DNA of 62,373 nucleotides, taken from the IMG/VR virus record IMGVR_UViG_3300008120_000066, positions 1-62,373 of that record, one strand, 5' to 3'. A program made the position numbers and the translations under genes. The DNA is from a virus. Lineage: Duplodnaviria > Caudoviricetes. Shown here piece after piece: positions 11,401 to 20,900 of this stretch. How positions within the stretch are numbered: position 1 is the first letter of the stretch; each line of letters opens with the position of its first letter. The notes beneath the pieces were generated by a model that ran no database searches, was not told where the DNA came from, and worked only from the letters and a program-made list of their open reading frames with translations.

Positions 11401-12656
11401 TAACAGGAACACAATACGCATATGCAATTAGATACAATGATAGATTGTTCGCTTTTGTTAAAAGATATGAAGAGGCTCTTGACGGTATTACATTCTTAAC
11501 TGGTTATTATAATAATTCTCAATCAGTGTTTAGTAATACAATATTTTACAAAAATGAATCAAAATATAACAGTGGATCATGGTTTAATGCTGGACAAAAC
11601 GCTTTACCACCATACATTAAAGATAATATGAAAGTGAAATTTTATGGTACATCTTCTGGTAAAACTCCAGGAGCAAGCTACTATGTTGATGCCTCATCTA
11701 ATTCATTTACATTACATAACACAGTAGCATTAAGTGGTGTTCAGACATTTACTAATACAGACTACAATAATCTTGTTGAGTTTTCACCTGTTAGACCGAC
11801 CTACCTTAAAATTGTATCCCCAATGATTACTGGAACTGTTAAAGAAGATGTTACTATTTCTTACAGTCCATATCCAAGTAGAGAAACAGGAATAATTGAG
11901 AACTTTGAATTAACGAACAAAGGAAATTACAATAGAATACCAAATGCTACAATCATAACAGATGATGGTAGACTTGGAACTGGCGCAGAAATTTATCCAA
12001 TTGTTGACGACATTGGAGTTGTTAATTCAGTTACATTTATTGATGGTGGCACACACTCTGTTAACAGAACACTATATCTGCCTTATTCATTCTTCTCTGA
12101 AACTATTACTGGAACATGGGAGATTGGCGAAAAAGTATCAAAATCTGGAACAGAAATTGGAACACTTGTTGAAAAAAATGGAAGATACTTTAAGATTGAA
12201 CAGAATGGTTCAGCAACAACTGTTACCTATGCAGATACATTAATCGGTATGATATCTGGAGCAACAGCTGTTGTTGGAAGAACTCTAAATATATCTGCAG
12301 CAACTAATGCAAGACCAGCAAAAATTACAACAACTACACCACATTATTTAAATACTGGTGATTTTGTATATGTGTCTGGTATTAATTCAACTGTTGCGAA
12401 TGGAATATATTATGTAACAGTTACTGGAGTAAATACTTTTGCTCTATTTACTAATGTAACAATGGCAACACCATATGATTCCAGATTAACATCAGCATAT
12501 GTTTCTGGTGGAACAGTTTCTGCTGGTTTATATACAGCACAAGGAACTGCTATACCTGGAGAAATAACATTATCCAGCGCTAATGGTCCAACAAACAACT
12601 ATGAGAATGATAAAAATCTTATTCTGCCGACTTCTAAAGTTCAAGATTCTTACTAA
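2430..12656 (+). CDS. gp7: Giant baseplate wedge protein gp7-like with many inserted adhesin-like domains (frame continues to 12875 after an in-frame TAA)
   Basis: N-terminal PEFIRSDY.KFITFLKSYYEYLE and FYNSKGSNESIKAFFRIVYGE; lies between gp6 and gp8; the C-terminal QDSY-*-YQDYSY...HPAG motif straddles the stop. Confidence 0.85.
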   Translation: MVAKQKNSLVVNFQAPEFIRSDYAKFITFLKSYYEYLEQTDKTLDVMRNLDTYNDIDEQTNSLILSVFYTAFLPDFPQILSADRKFLLKNIVDFYNSKGSNESIKAFFRIVYGEEIQIYLPKIDIIKVGAGIWKKRFKIKLTGISSGTIYELLGQEIYQISSITGNKTVRARIVDYEELTGSVIITADNIVLNFDSSIPVYTTRNDTGATVTFTLINQLASATVSYGGLNYSSGDNVEISTAVSNTENIQVDNVSYGVVRDIILNTNGDNYSTLDEISFDDNYLFNPSVNVSTADNTITISSGVSLTTGDIVTYRVTVDNNNNGTAVGGLVDDTKYYIITVSNTIVKLATTKENAINGISIDLTTVGSGTKHYLVYELPGVVKAKAKITKTSSDDLYGDVADLEGEYPTIVDDEDKLLFEDGQTIKEELGETNTFKSITKNKYNTDDDRTGISTGSITSDDFGIMPENQENDSVVYTRSSYNASNGLIRQFLPAVSDPNKQFSLEWAQNKGITAVLQDEELRVGFAYEDSYAASGSYTPSDPMTIVIEFQSNEDYNNLERYELVRTWGTTSYPEIKNITSWDYSTPTQYEDFNQFSELQHIGIYPESAAVVSYGEKTVSQKGFDPNNKPIIYIRERVSDVDSSFTTTQRPWEYKFVFKENTKSNIKIYVNSQPIKTENQLIKTEDSAFTLFNEDNTYLFKEIYTDVDTKAIDPSIAGSNDTFTSNDHGFVQGDKVKFTTDDSTSHHSSVVPPMESLLKQTTIGVAYTGKFSDTIIAKSTGADSAVITIVDDDTSYYLNSNYGVTPTITTTGTLPVSAPWAGIATNGSGQLLLVKKSNSSIEGVSASYSTDPTNVYYTATLSSTTSAPAWTEATLPITGVWGNVEYGNGNYVVVQGTGNPRKEPTYKFVPGTRAVYSSDATNWTQVTLPISDYWTDLKFVNGRFFLLPYGNIRNELNGSVYESVVAGETLELRAPVGAVFTRVLFSSYGDPTGANGNYYVGTVDSPLSISQVEKQFLGKNYSSIVASDTIFGTTNVAGKRLYVKLEYAYQNQTLGLMSFNGSIWDQITFPFSKCADLAYGNGVYVLTSYNNTSDYAYSYDLIKWKTARFPISDKELNNYENLDKSFWSSVVFGYDKFIATFNSDPNKVVNSQIKNKFAVSSDGINWDTHTNASYASTITSTGSASTGKGYFLGGLTRIQSPLNNTSYTEIDGINFTTEAAINPAAALVQQRFGAFSTQSTTKGYVAGGVYNPVPSSPVGVWINSFENITFSTESGSAMGITLAAGRYQGASTQNTTRAYFLGGNASGSVTSEVDGLVFSSETYDNPASTLTNITLSNSGLSSATKGYTLGGYSPSTIIESIVFSSASTSVLGTALPTARSSAGSVQNLTTKGYVGGSTSPFTTSIVGFVFSSESVTSQSAVLQIARQEASGVSSSTRGYFGGGVSYVTSPTVFTNYDEIDGIRFDTESSVNPSAVLTSSRSFASGVSSPSTDISISTNYVPEIEQSIYDPTGKVFAFVAQNKKRTDVTTTTTFTNYGNGYFGGGLTPSTSSEIDGINFQTEASVNPAATLATARYIPTGMMSSTIGYFFSGWSSTAVYEIDGIRFSNQTAVNPSASSTAPVGGHSSTTGSMSNDGQRGYMHSGHISPLNTNMIQRFDFPTETAFQLVATAALPRYMGAGGYSAVTNKGYYMGGYSYTAHGVPADGPTTEIDGLDMTSETAINPSAVLSVPVSHNTSLNFTNYAVVVSGYGTGGTTINEVETFTFDTESVTNVAWTMPAARFGITGVQNINLNKGFIAGAQSPAVLSSMLNFNNTTFVFANIAATLAAARGYMGGVSEPTSTTSYSNTSLFNSDNSSIGLFTMKDQLTKNKSYLVNYVSSSQFKLAKSRKDLIDGVYVTTSPQITDNTGYAKLITDRIDAGSQDSFTKASKNAQFNVYAKKQTAGFRSSTMKINQNPNVATYDDTEKSFKNYTSDNKYYIYEAVNESTEYLVMERSDIEGTDQVNIELELDKRSETEKLHYVTYPYLASETSIVSKVQANNEIDIPNYSKVRLFVDSSVLQSVNSVERNPEELIYNDYGSFDLSEDATVLNKERDEYFNLSNPIVSETSTTKTYRNNYNVVPFGHEDKPYVVGLTPATNQFSSGPGEFGNTGITSFVQNTNIRFNADAAFLDNTFYTIAASTEQAYYDNDPNKPTKDGRTFHTFSFNVPKEVGATFDNPLTVAIKNLVTNRQNNTSHKTVDYGDKILLGETEKLSTIVQLQKRPIEWTPVLTGNVNWITTNQKNLRISTTGFSGQSTFYPYYEPIIKEVKNNDLIRTVSSSTILRYNNLPSYLAGLQATNSINDSDTAAFYTNNRVRVFLLRNPSWNAVDTTTWLALTFETNKNYIVDNATGTSQAISVFYKDFEPGGPYTLDNNSAIYLFQNLAGPSADNSKYGFYKPGTGDNVWDAQVFSREGFIRNVFASARINRVTANSEWMFGLNSDPSNNASFDTIDYCWYPNSSGAASIYESGSSIGTFGTYTAGSTFEITYDGTNVIYYLDGNEKRRVTRSIGNPLFLDSSLYKQYGTNTTAVSMFDVDFGELNVPVSFDLPKVPTDTSVPDEISLEDNSATIAAETNIFGLHDVGGNYSNVTPSLAIEFYSPSLALDVAKNGLSNSNSSYHMVYYCDKAEYLNVSTDTQKTTYKFYNCWSPTNSNTLNVASTVNDYIVTIRDLTKNDYIIKKKNDFINKITTNGLLYRDVWVSKSSDDYGKYVKFYPSYADSVADTNIISLSTLNIGTAKTFNQTSYSGNSIVAEDPSVSKIGHSYYGAIEENDILRTFRFDPNVDVSANAITISNHGLRNGDRVLYRVDFNGAKITGLTDNTIYSVIQRTDNTLKLSSDETTAITLTASVETGKRNYLQIYPESLDFGSTKTLFNTKTEYSVSSSDLVPYSIATGLISNLGEKQYVVEGRNDILQVQDTTFAFKNPVEFNTGDYIRIELGGGDQLKDHDGTILTGTQYAYAIRYNDRLFAFVKRYEEALDGITFLTGYYNNSQSVFSNTIFYKNESKYNSGSWFNAGQNALPPYIKDNMKVKFYGTSSGKTPGASYYVDASSNSFTLHNTVALSGVQTFTNTDYNNLVEFSPVRPTYLKIVSPMITGTVKEDVTISYSPYPSRETGIIENFELTNKGNYNRIPNATIITDDGRLGTGAEIYPIVDDIGVVNSVTFIDGGTHSVNRTLYLPYSFFSETITGTWEIGEKVSKSGTEIGTLVEKNGRYFKIEQNGSATTVTYADTLIGMISGATAVVGRTLNISAATNARPAKITTTTPHYLNTGDFVYVSGINSTVANGIYYVTVTGVNTFALFTNVTMATPYDSRLTSAYVSGGTVSAGLYTAQGTAIPGEITLSSANGPTNNYENDKNLILPTSKVQDSY

Positions 12657-12875
12657 TATCAAGACTATTCATATGTTGTTCGCTCTGGTGTTTCATTTGA
12701 GAATTGGAAACCTTATTTTAATAAACTTGTCCACCCAGCTGGTATAGCTGTTTTCGGCGAGGTTGACTATGCTAATGTAAATAGTGGTCAAGTATTAATG
12801 GGCAACACAGAGGTTGTGAATAACCAAATAAATAATACAAAGACGACTACATCAACAACTGTAACAATAACATAA
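12657..12875 (+). other. In-frame C-terminal continuation of gp7 beyond the TAA (72 codons)
   Basis: Reads YQDYSYVVRSGVSFENWKPYFNKLVHPAGIAVFGEVD...TVTIT* in the gp7 frame and ends 1 nt before the gp8 ATG. Confidence 0.85.
12827..12834 (+). promoter_or_regulatory. Possible late promoter (AATAAATA) for gp8
   Basis: About 42 nt upstream of the gp8 ATG, inside the gp7 extension. Confidence 0.45.
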
Positions 12876-12876
12876 T

Positions 12877-14883
12877 ATGCCAGCAATCATTAAAGACAAA
12901 ACAAAATACCAAAGCGCTGCAGACTACAGAGGATTGTTGTCTGCAGGTACAACCAGTTTGTATTATTACTTTGGGAATCCAGTTTCATGGGTAAAATACC
13001 CAGGTGGAAGTTATAACGAATCAACACCCCCAACGCCAAAAGATACATTGTTCGAAGAAAAAGAAATTTGGGATGGTGTTATTGGGTTGAAAAAAGTTGC
13101 GCCAGCAGATACTAAACTTGGTTTTAGGAGAATAGACTGGGCTTCTGGGCAATATTATGATATTGTTGGCGATTATACAAACACCAAACCACTTTCATTA
13201 GCAAGATCTAATAGTTTAGTTCTTGTTGATGTAAATGGAGATGGCGCAACCTATCGTGTATATCGTTGCGTTGATAATAGGAGTACTTCGACTGGTAATC
13301 CTATTGCATCTACAACTAAACCAACACATACTACTTCAACAGTAACAACTACAGCAGATGGATACAAATGGAAATATCTTGGGCAACTTGACTCAACAGA
13401 TATAAATGAGTTTTTAACCACAACTGTTTGTCCAATACCAACAACACTGTCAACAGCTACTTTATCTGGTGGAATTTGTTCAGTCGTAATGACATCTCGT
13501 GGAACAGGATATACTGGAACACCAACAGTAACTATAAAGGGAGATGGTGCAGGTTTAACACTAGGATCACCTGTTCTGTCTGGTGGACAAATTGTTTATA
13601 TTCCTGTAACAGCTAGTGGTTCAGGTTATACATATGTTGAACTTTCGATATCAGGGACAGGAACTTCAGCAACTGCAAAAGCAGTTCTTTCTCCATCAGG
13701 TGGATTTGCATATAATGTTGAAAAAGAAATAGAACCAAATTTTTTGTGCGTTAGAGTAACAAATATTAATACTGATTCTTATTTTGTTGCAAGAGGAACG
13801 GCTCCTACTACTTATGGAACTGCTACTGCTTTAGATAGTGATAATCCAAATGTAAATGGATTAGTTTACAGAAGTGTTGGTCTTATTGAAAATCCATACA
13901 ATTATGGCACAACTACAAAAGCGACATCAAATTTGTTAACTAATTTTAAAGAATTTAGATTCAATGTAAATGTAGGATCTGCCCCATCATTTGGTTCTAG
14001 ATATTACACATCAGCTAGTGGTTCTTCTAATGCTGTTTGTACAACAGTTGGATATAGAGTTAACAGTGTAACATTCAATACAACTACTGATGTAAATACT
14101 TCAACCAATCAAATTACAATTTCTGGTGGCCACTCATTTGTTACAGCAGAGCCAGTAGAATATGCTGTTGGATCAGGAACAACTGTAGTTGGAAGTGGAA
14201 TCAGTAATGGAGCAACTCTTTACGTAATTAAAGACAGTAATACTCAAATTAGACTTGCGACTACAGATGCCAATGCTAATGCTGGTACTGCTATTGATAT
14301 TACTGGAGCTGGAAGTGGAACTGTGCATAGGTTAATATCTATGAATTCACCAAAAGCGTATGTTTCTTTTATTCAAACAACGCAGCAAAAAACTGTAAAT
14401 AATCCCCTTGTTTCCACAAACGCATTAACTTATATGTCTGGAGATCCGATTTCTAGCATAAGAATTGGTCCATTCGAAGCATTTAATGGATCTTCTGCTA
14501 GTTTTGTATCATTATTAAATGACACAATTACAATAAACAGTCACCCATTTATTACTGGAGATCAAATTACATACAGTAATGGTGGTGGCACTTCTATTAT
14601 AACAAGTACAGGTTCATTAACAAGTGGCGGAACATATTATGTTATCAAATACGATAATGATTCGATTAAATTAGCAACAACACTTGCGAATGCGAATGCT
14701 GGTACAGCAATAGATTTAACTGGGCTTGGAACAGGAACTAGTCATAGCATAACTTATTCTGGAAGTGATGCGTCTTATAACCCAACAGTTGAAAGATATT
14801 CTGGAAGTATAATTTTCGCTGAGTATAGAACACCAGCAACAAGATCAATCTCTGAAAAATACAGATTCCTTCTTGAATTCTAA
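12877..14883 (+). CDS. gp8: Baseplate wedge protein gp8 with two inserted beta-rich modules
   Basis: Motifs PPTP.D...E..EIWD..IGLKKV, RIDW.SG..YD and VYRCVDN...STTKPTH...TADGYKWKYL; C-terminal SGSIIF.EYR.P..R....E...LLEF. Confidence 0.88.
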   Translation: MPAIIKDKTKYQSAADYRGLLSAGTTSLYYYFGNPVSWVKYPGGSYNESTPPTPKDTLFEEKEIWDGVIGLKKVAPADTKLGFRRIDWASGQYYDIVGDYTNTKPLSLARSNSLVLVDVNGDGATYRVYRCVDNRSTSTGNPIASTTKPTHTTSTVTTTADGYKWKYLGQLDSTDINEFLTTTVCPIPTTLSTATLSGGICSVVMTSRGTGYTGTPTVTIKGDGAGLTLGSPVLSGGQIVYIPVTASGSGYTYVELSISGTGTSATAKAVLSPSGGFAYNVEKEIEPNFLCVRVTNINTDSYFVARGTAPTTYGTATALDSDNPNVNGLVYRSVGLIENPYNYGTTTKATSNLLTNFKEFRFNVNVGSAPSFGSRYYTSASGSSNAVCTTVGYRVNSVTFNTTTDVNTSTNQITISGGHSFVTAEPVEYAVGSGTTVVGSGISNGATLYVIKDSNTQIRLATTDANANAGTAIDITGAGSGTVHRLISMNSPKAYVSFIQTTQQKTVNNPLVSTNALTYMSGDPISSIRIGPFEAFNGSSASFVSLLNDTITINSHPFITGDQITYSNGGGTSIITSTGSLTSGGTYYVIKYDNDSIKLATTLANANAGTAIDLTGLGTGTSHSITYSGSDASYNPTVERYSGSIIFAEYRTPATRSISEKYRFLLEF

Positions 14884-14889
14884 TAAATA
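14882..14889 (+). promoter_or_regulatory. Late promoter variant (AATAAATA)
   Basis: Overlaps the gp8 stop; followed by a GGAG RBS and the ATG at 14919. Confidence 0.6.
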
Positions 14890-14918
14890 TAAAGCAAACT
14901 ATAATGGAGAAAGCATAG

Positions 14919-17900
14919 ATGGACTTTAATATTCCACCATATTATGATGATTTCGATGAGGATAAAAAATTCCTTAAGGTATTGTTCCGACCAGGATACT
15001 CTCTACAAGCCAGAGAGTTGTCACAACTTCAGTCGATTTTACAAAACCAAGTATCAAAAGTTGGCGATTTTATTTTTAATAATAAGTCTAGAGTAATTCC
15101 AGGCGCAGTAATGCACCAACCAACTTGGACAATAAAACTTGAACCATTAGAAGTTGACACAGCTGTAAATGTTGATACATTTGTTGATAGTATTATTGGT
15201 TATGATATTTTAGGTGAAACTGCTGGTGTTCGCGGAAGAGTTCAATATGCTGAAAAAAGCGATATAGAAGGTAATCCAGCTATACTATATTATAGCATTA
15301 TCTCTGGTGGGTCAGACTCAAGCGCATACTTTAATTTTAATCCTGATGAAATTTTAACAATTAAACAGGGAACAACATCATACAGAGTTCGTGTTCAAAA
15401 TGCATCTGATGCTAGAAATTATGGTAGAATTTTTAAAATTTCACCAGGAGTATTTTACGTAAATGGTTATTTTGTTAAAAATGATGAACAAACTATTTCT
15501 CTAGGAAAATATACAAACGTACCATCTTGTACAATCGGTCTTGATGTTGTTGAAAAAATTATTACACCAGAAGAAGATACATCTTTATTAGATAATTCAG
15601 TCGGCGCTCCAAACTACACAGCTCCTGGCGCTCATAGATTCGTTATTGATTTAGTTCTTGTCAAACGAGAAATTGGATATGCTGCGGATAATTTTATTGA
15701 ATTGATGAGAATTAGGAATGGTGAGACAGAGTTTCAATTGAAAGACAATGATTTGTCATATTTGCAGGATGTTCTTGCGAAAAGAACGTATGATGAATCT
15801 GGTGATTACATAGTTGATCCATTTGAAATGGAAATGAGAGAGCATAGAAACTCAGACCAAGGCGAATGGGAAGGAACAAGAAATTATCAGAAGGGTGATG
15901 TTGTTTACTACATAAACACATTAACAAACACATATCAATATTATTTGTGTTTAGACAATGGAGTTTCTGGATCCAGCACACCAACACATACTTCTGGCGT
16001 TGGTAGCGATGGTGGTGTTCGTTGGAGATATACCGCAAAACCAGTTTATGACTACGGTATATACTCTGAATCTCAAGGTGGTGATACAGACAAAATTGCG
16101 TTTGGTTTAAAACAAGGCACTGCATATATCAAAGGATATGAGTTTAAGACATTCGGAACAACATATCTGTCAGCAGATAAACCAAGAGAATACGCTCAAA
16201 TTAAAAACACTTCTACTCCAGTTGTTCTTGGTAATTTATTGGATGTTCGTGTATTTGGCTCGCCAGATGTAGACAATTTTCAGATTGTTGATCTTTACAA
16301 AGTTGATACTATTCCAGCTGATGGATCTAACATTGGTATTCTTGTTTCTAATGGCGCTAATACTGCATCAAATGTTTATTCAAGCAGCACAACTTATTGG
16401 CCAAATGGTGTAAATAAACTTACATATGTTATTGTTTGCGCAACCTCGCAGAACTATGTTGTTGAAAAAATGAAATTTGATCATAATGCTACAACAAAAG
16501 CTCCATACAATTATAACGGAGCAAGTGGTTGGGTTCCATATATAACAACAAGTAAAATTGGAACAGCTAGGATTCGTTATTACGAACCCTACGAAAGAAT
16601 CAACTCAAGAACAACTGCTAAGATTTCTCTGATTGATATTCAGATGAATCCTGGCGAAGACTTCCGTAAAGTTCGTGTCATTGGAACACCACTTAGTGTT
16701 GGTAGTACATCAACAGGTGGAGATCCAAATTGTTTCCGTGCTCTTGTTTTACCAGCGCTTTATAATAGTACATCAGTTGGTTCTGCTTCTGTTGCTAACA
16801 GTGGTGGCTATGGTGTAAATAATTCTGGTTCTTGGAGTGATATGGCATCAAACTTAACAGGGCAAGGAACAAGATGGACTTCATCAAATCAATTACAATC
16901 TGGAGATATGGTTTGGTTTGCTAATGACCCATCTCAGTTTTTCTTTGTTCGTGGTTTAACAAATGGTTCAGATACAACTACTAGGGATAATATAGGTATC
17001 GTAATGAATCATGCAACAGGTGGTGGTATTTCAGGTAATTTGTTAAGATCTGATTGCGCATTTGAAAACCCACAAGATTATGACAGTTTATTTACTCTAC
17101 CAAAAACTGGTGCATACACGATCCGTGGTGGTAATGATTTACAAACCCTTAACACATCTTATACAGTTCTCGAGAGATATACTGCATCATCTACAGCAAC
17201 TGATCCTGTTGTATTAACAATTTCTACATCATTCCCAGACGAATTTGTATCTAATGTTCCAACACAATACGTTGTAACAAATCAAGATAATGGCGAAAGT
17301 GTCAGTGTTACTTCCCTAACATTAACAAATAACACACAAGCAGTTTTGTCATTGAGCGCATCAGCTTCTATTTCTAATTCTATCGGCACTATGCAGAATA
17401 AAACATTTACTGTATATGCGCCAACAAAGAAAAGACTGTTTAATGCAAAAGAAAAAGTAAAATCGTTAAAAACTTCAACATTAAACATCATAATTCAGTC
17501 TGCTCTAGAACAAGAAACACTAAGTCTCTTTAAAGCTGATATTTTTAGATTGTTAAAAGTTGAGGTATTCCCCAATGTAATTTTTGGTAATAGTATTGAT
17601 GGAATTGTTTCTGGAACTGGAATTGATATAACAAATCAGTACGAGTTAGATAATGGTCAGAGAGATACACATTACGATTTAGGACGTTTAATAAAAGGTA
17701 AAGCATTCCCATTCCCATCAGGTCCAATTAGAGTTACTTTTGAATATTTTGAACATTCTGCTGGCGACTATCTTTCTGTTGATTCATATTCAGATTTGCT
17801 CTATGAAGAAATTCCAACATATTACAGTAAGGTAACTGGAAGAACTCTTAATTTGAAAGACGTATTAGATTTTCGTCCAAGAATGAATGATGCTGGTACT

Positions 17901-20900
17901 TTCGATGGTGGAACTACATCTAGTTCATCAATACCGCAGAGACTTTATGGAATTAATCTTGATATGGCATATTTTATGTCAAGAAAAGACTCAATTATAC
18001 TTGAAAGAAATGGTGGGTTAAAATTAATTCAAGGTGTTCCTTCAGATAATCCAATTTTACCATCATTACCTTCTGATACAATGATTTTATATGATATTGA
18101 TTATGTGCCATATGTTAATCAAGTCGATGCTCTTAATGTAAGAATTAAAGAGCATGAGCATAAACGCTACACAATGAGAGATATTGGTAAAATTGATAAA
18201 CGTGTACAGAATATTGAACAAGTAACCGCATTAAATTTACTTGAAAAAGAAACAGCTTCTATGAACATTAAAGATCAAGATGGTCTTGATCGATTTAAAA
18301 ATGGATTTGTTGTCGATAATTTTAGAGGACATACGGTTGGTAATCCAAGAGATCCAGATCATGAGTGCTCTATTGATATCGATCGAAGAGAACTAAGACC
18401 TGCATTTTCTCAAGTTGTTGTTGATCTCGTAGAATCTGCATCAACTCTAGTTGAAAGAACAAATTCTAATTATAGAATGCATGATGAGAATATTGTTACT
18501 CTTCCATATTATACTGGCGCTGAGTATTATTATAAAAATAAAAATGAATTGGCTACAATTAATGCTAAAGGCGCATCAGCAACCACAACAGAACTGTTTA
18601 GAAAAGAAACTCTATTAAGAGAAAATATGGATTTGGTTATTGTTGATAATCCATATGCAACTCATGCAGAAAAAGTTTGTCAATTACTTAATACTCAACA
18701 ATCTGGTATCGTTGCTCTTACACCATCTAATGATTCATGGATTGAAGAGGCAATTCCCCCAGAATTGGTTATTGAGGAAGGTGGAACATATGATTCTGTT
18801 GCTGCTTCTAAAGACGCATTTGGTATTGATTTCGGTACAATATGGAATGGTTGGCAGGTAACACAATTAGGAACACCAATTACTGCAACCACTTCAACTA
18901 CAAGTTTTGCTGGTCTTGGCACTTCTGGTGCTTCTGCTACAACAACAACTACATCAGTAACTACACAGCAAATTACTGAAACTAATACTGGAAAAGAAAT
19001 TGGTCTTAAAGAAACTACTGGTAAAAAAGAAATTAATGGTAGACTAACTGCTAGACAATCTATTTCGTATGTTCGCTCTAGACCTATTGTTTTCCAAGCA
19101 ACAGGATTAAAACCATCAACAAGATTTTACGCTTTCGTTGATGAAACACCTGTTTCTGATTACTGCACACAAGCTACAAGATTATTGCTTGGCGCAAGAT
19201 CTTTTAATTATGAATATACACCATATCAGTATGGTAATTATGCGCAGGCTAGAAAAGTATATGAAACATTTGATACAAACAGTATTTTTGGATCAGCTGT
19301 TACTAATCTAGAAAGAAGATTTGCTGGACAATTAACATATCCTGATGAAACAACTGCTGCAACAACGCAATTTACTTCTGTTTATAATGGAGATGTAAAA
19401 TCAATAACAAACTTAGTTAATGGTACTAGTGGGTTAAATGATGTTGCTAGAGATATTATGGGTATGGATGGAGAAGTGACAGCATTTATGCGTGGTGAAG
19501 TTATTATTGGAGAAACAAGTGGAACAACAGGAATTGTTGTTTTACATGAGCAATCAACAAACAGTAGCACAGGAGAGCCAGATGGTCTCGCTGATGTTTT
19601 ACATGTTGTTAACATTCAATTAGGGCAAGGTCTTGGACCAACAACAAGAAGAGGTGGTTTTGTTAATGGCGAATATATTCGTGGAACTGTGTCAAGATCA
19701 TCTCTAAATGGAAATCCTCTTAGATTACAATTAAGAGGCGCTGGTGCAGTAGAGGCTGCTTCTCCAGGAAATCTTGTTTCTACAGGAACTGGTCGTTTGA
19801 GTGGTGTTTGGTTCTTAACAAGCGGACAGACAATTAATAATAGAGCTGCTCCTAAGTTCCTAACAGGAAAAAGATTGTTTACATTAAGCGATAGTGCAAC
19901 AAACGATATCACAAGAAGAACAAGTATAGCTGACACAATATACAATGCTGTTGGTATCATTGATGCTGGTAATGGCTCGTTTGTTTCAGTTAGAAACGCA
20001 GAATTAGCGATTAATAATGTGAGAATTGATAGACAGAGAACACTCGAGAGTGTTGTTCGTTCCGTTAATACAGTAACTTGGGATGATTCTCCTCCACCAG
20101 CACCTCCTTCTGGTGGTGGCGATGGTGGTGGCGATGGTGGTGGCGATGGTGGTGGTGGAGATCCATTGGCTCAAACATTTATTTCAACAATAGAGGGCGG
20201 AAAAGATGGATGTTTCGTGCGCGAAGTTGAATTGTTCTTTAAAAATAAAGATTCGTTTTTACCTGTTGTTGTTGAACTAAGAACAGTAAATCCAGGTGGA
20301 TCGCCATCAGAAACTGTTATACCATTTGGCAGAAAAGTTTTATATCCGTCAGACATTATAACTGACTTTACTGGAACAGTTGGTACAGTAGTCAGATTCC
20401 CAGCACCAGTTCATCTATTAGACAGTGTGAGATATGCTGTTGTACTTGTTACTGTTTCTCCGAATTATGAAGTTTGGACAGCAAGACTTGGAAGCGCTGA
20501 TGTAAGTTTAAACAAAATGGGAAATGTTGTTAAACAACCAAGTCTTGGCGCTTGTTTTATTTCTAAGAATGGAGCAAACTGGGTCGAGACACCAGAAACA
20601 ACATTAAAAGTTAATGTGTTTAGATGTATTTTTAATACAAATGAAACACTAAGTGCTCCATCATTGGTGAAATTAGTCAACAGAGAAATTGAGCCACAGT
20701 CAACTTCTGGCAGACCAATTTCATATACTAAGTTTGGAAATAATCCATTTAGAGTTAAATTAAACAGTAGTGAAGTAATCGTAACTCAACCAAACCACGG
20801 ATTTAGCGTTGGGTCTTATGTTTCATTCCAAAATGTTTCTGGTAGTTCTAATTTTGGTTTCTCTGATGATAACATCAATTCTTATACAATGATACCAGAT

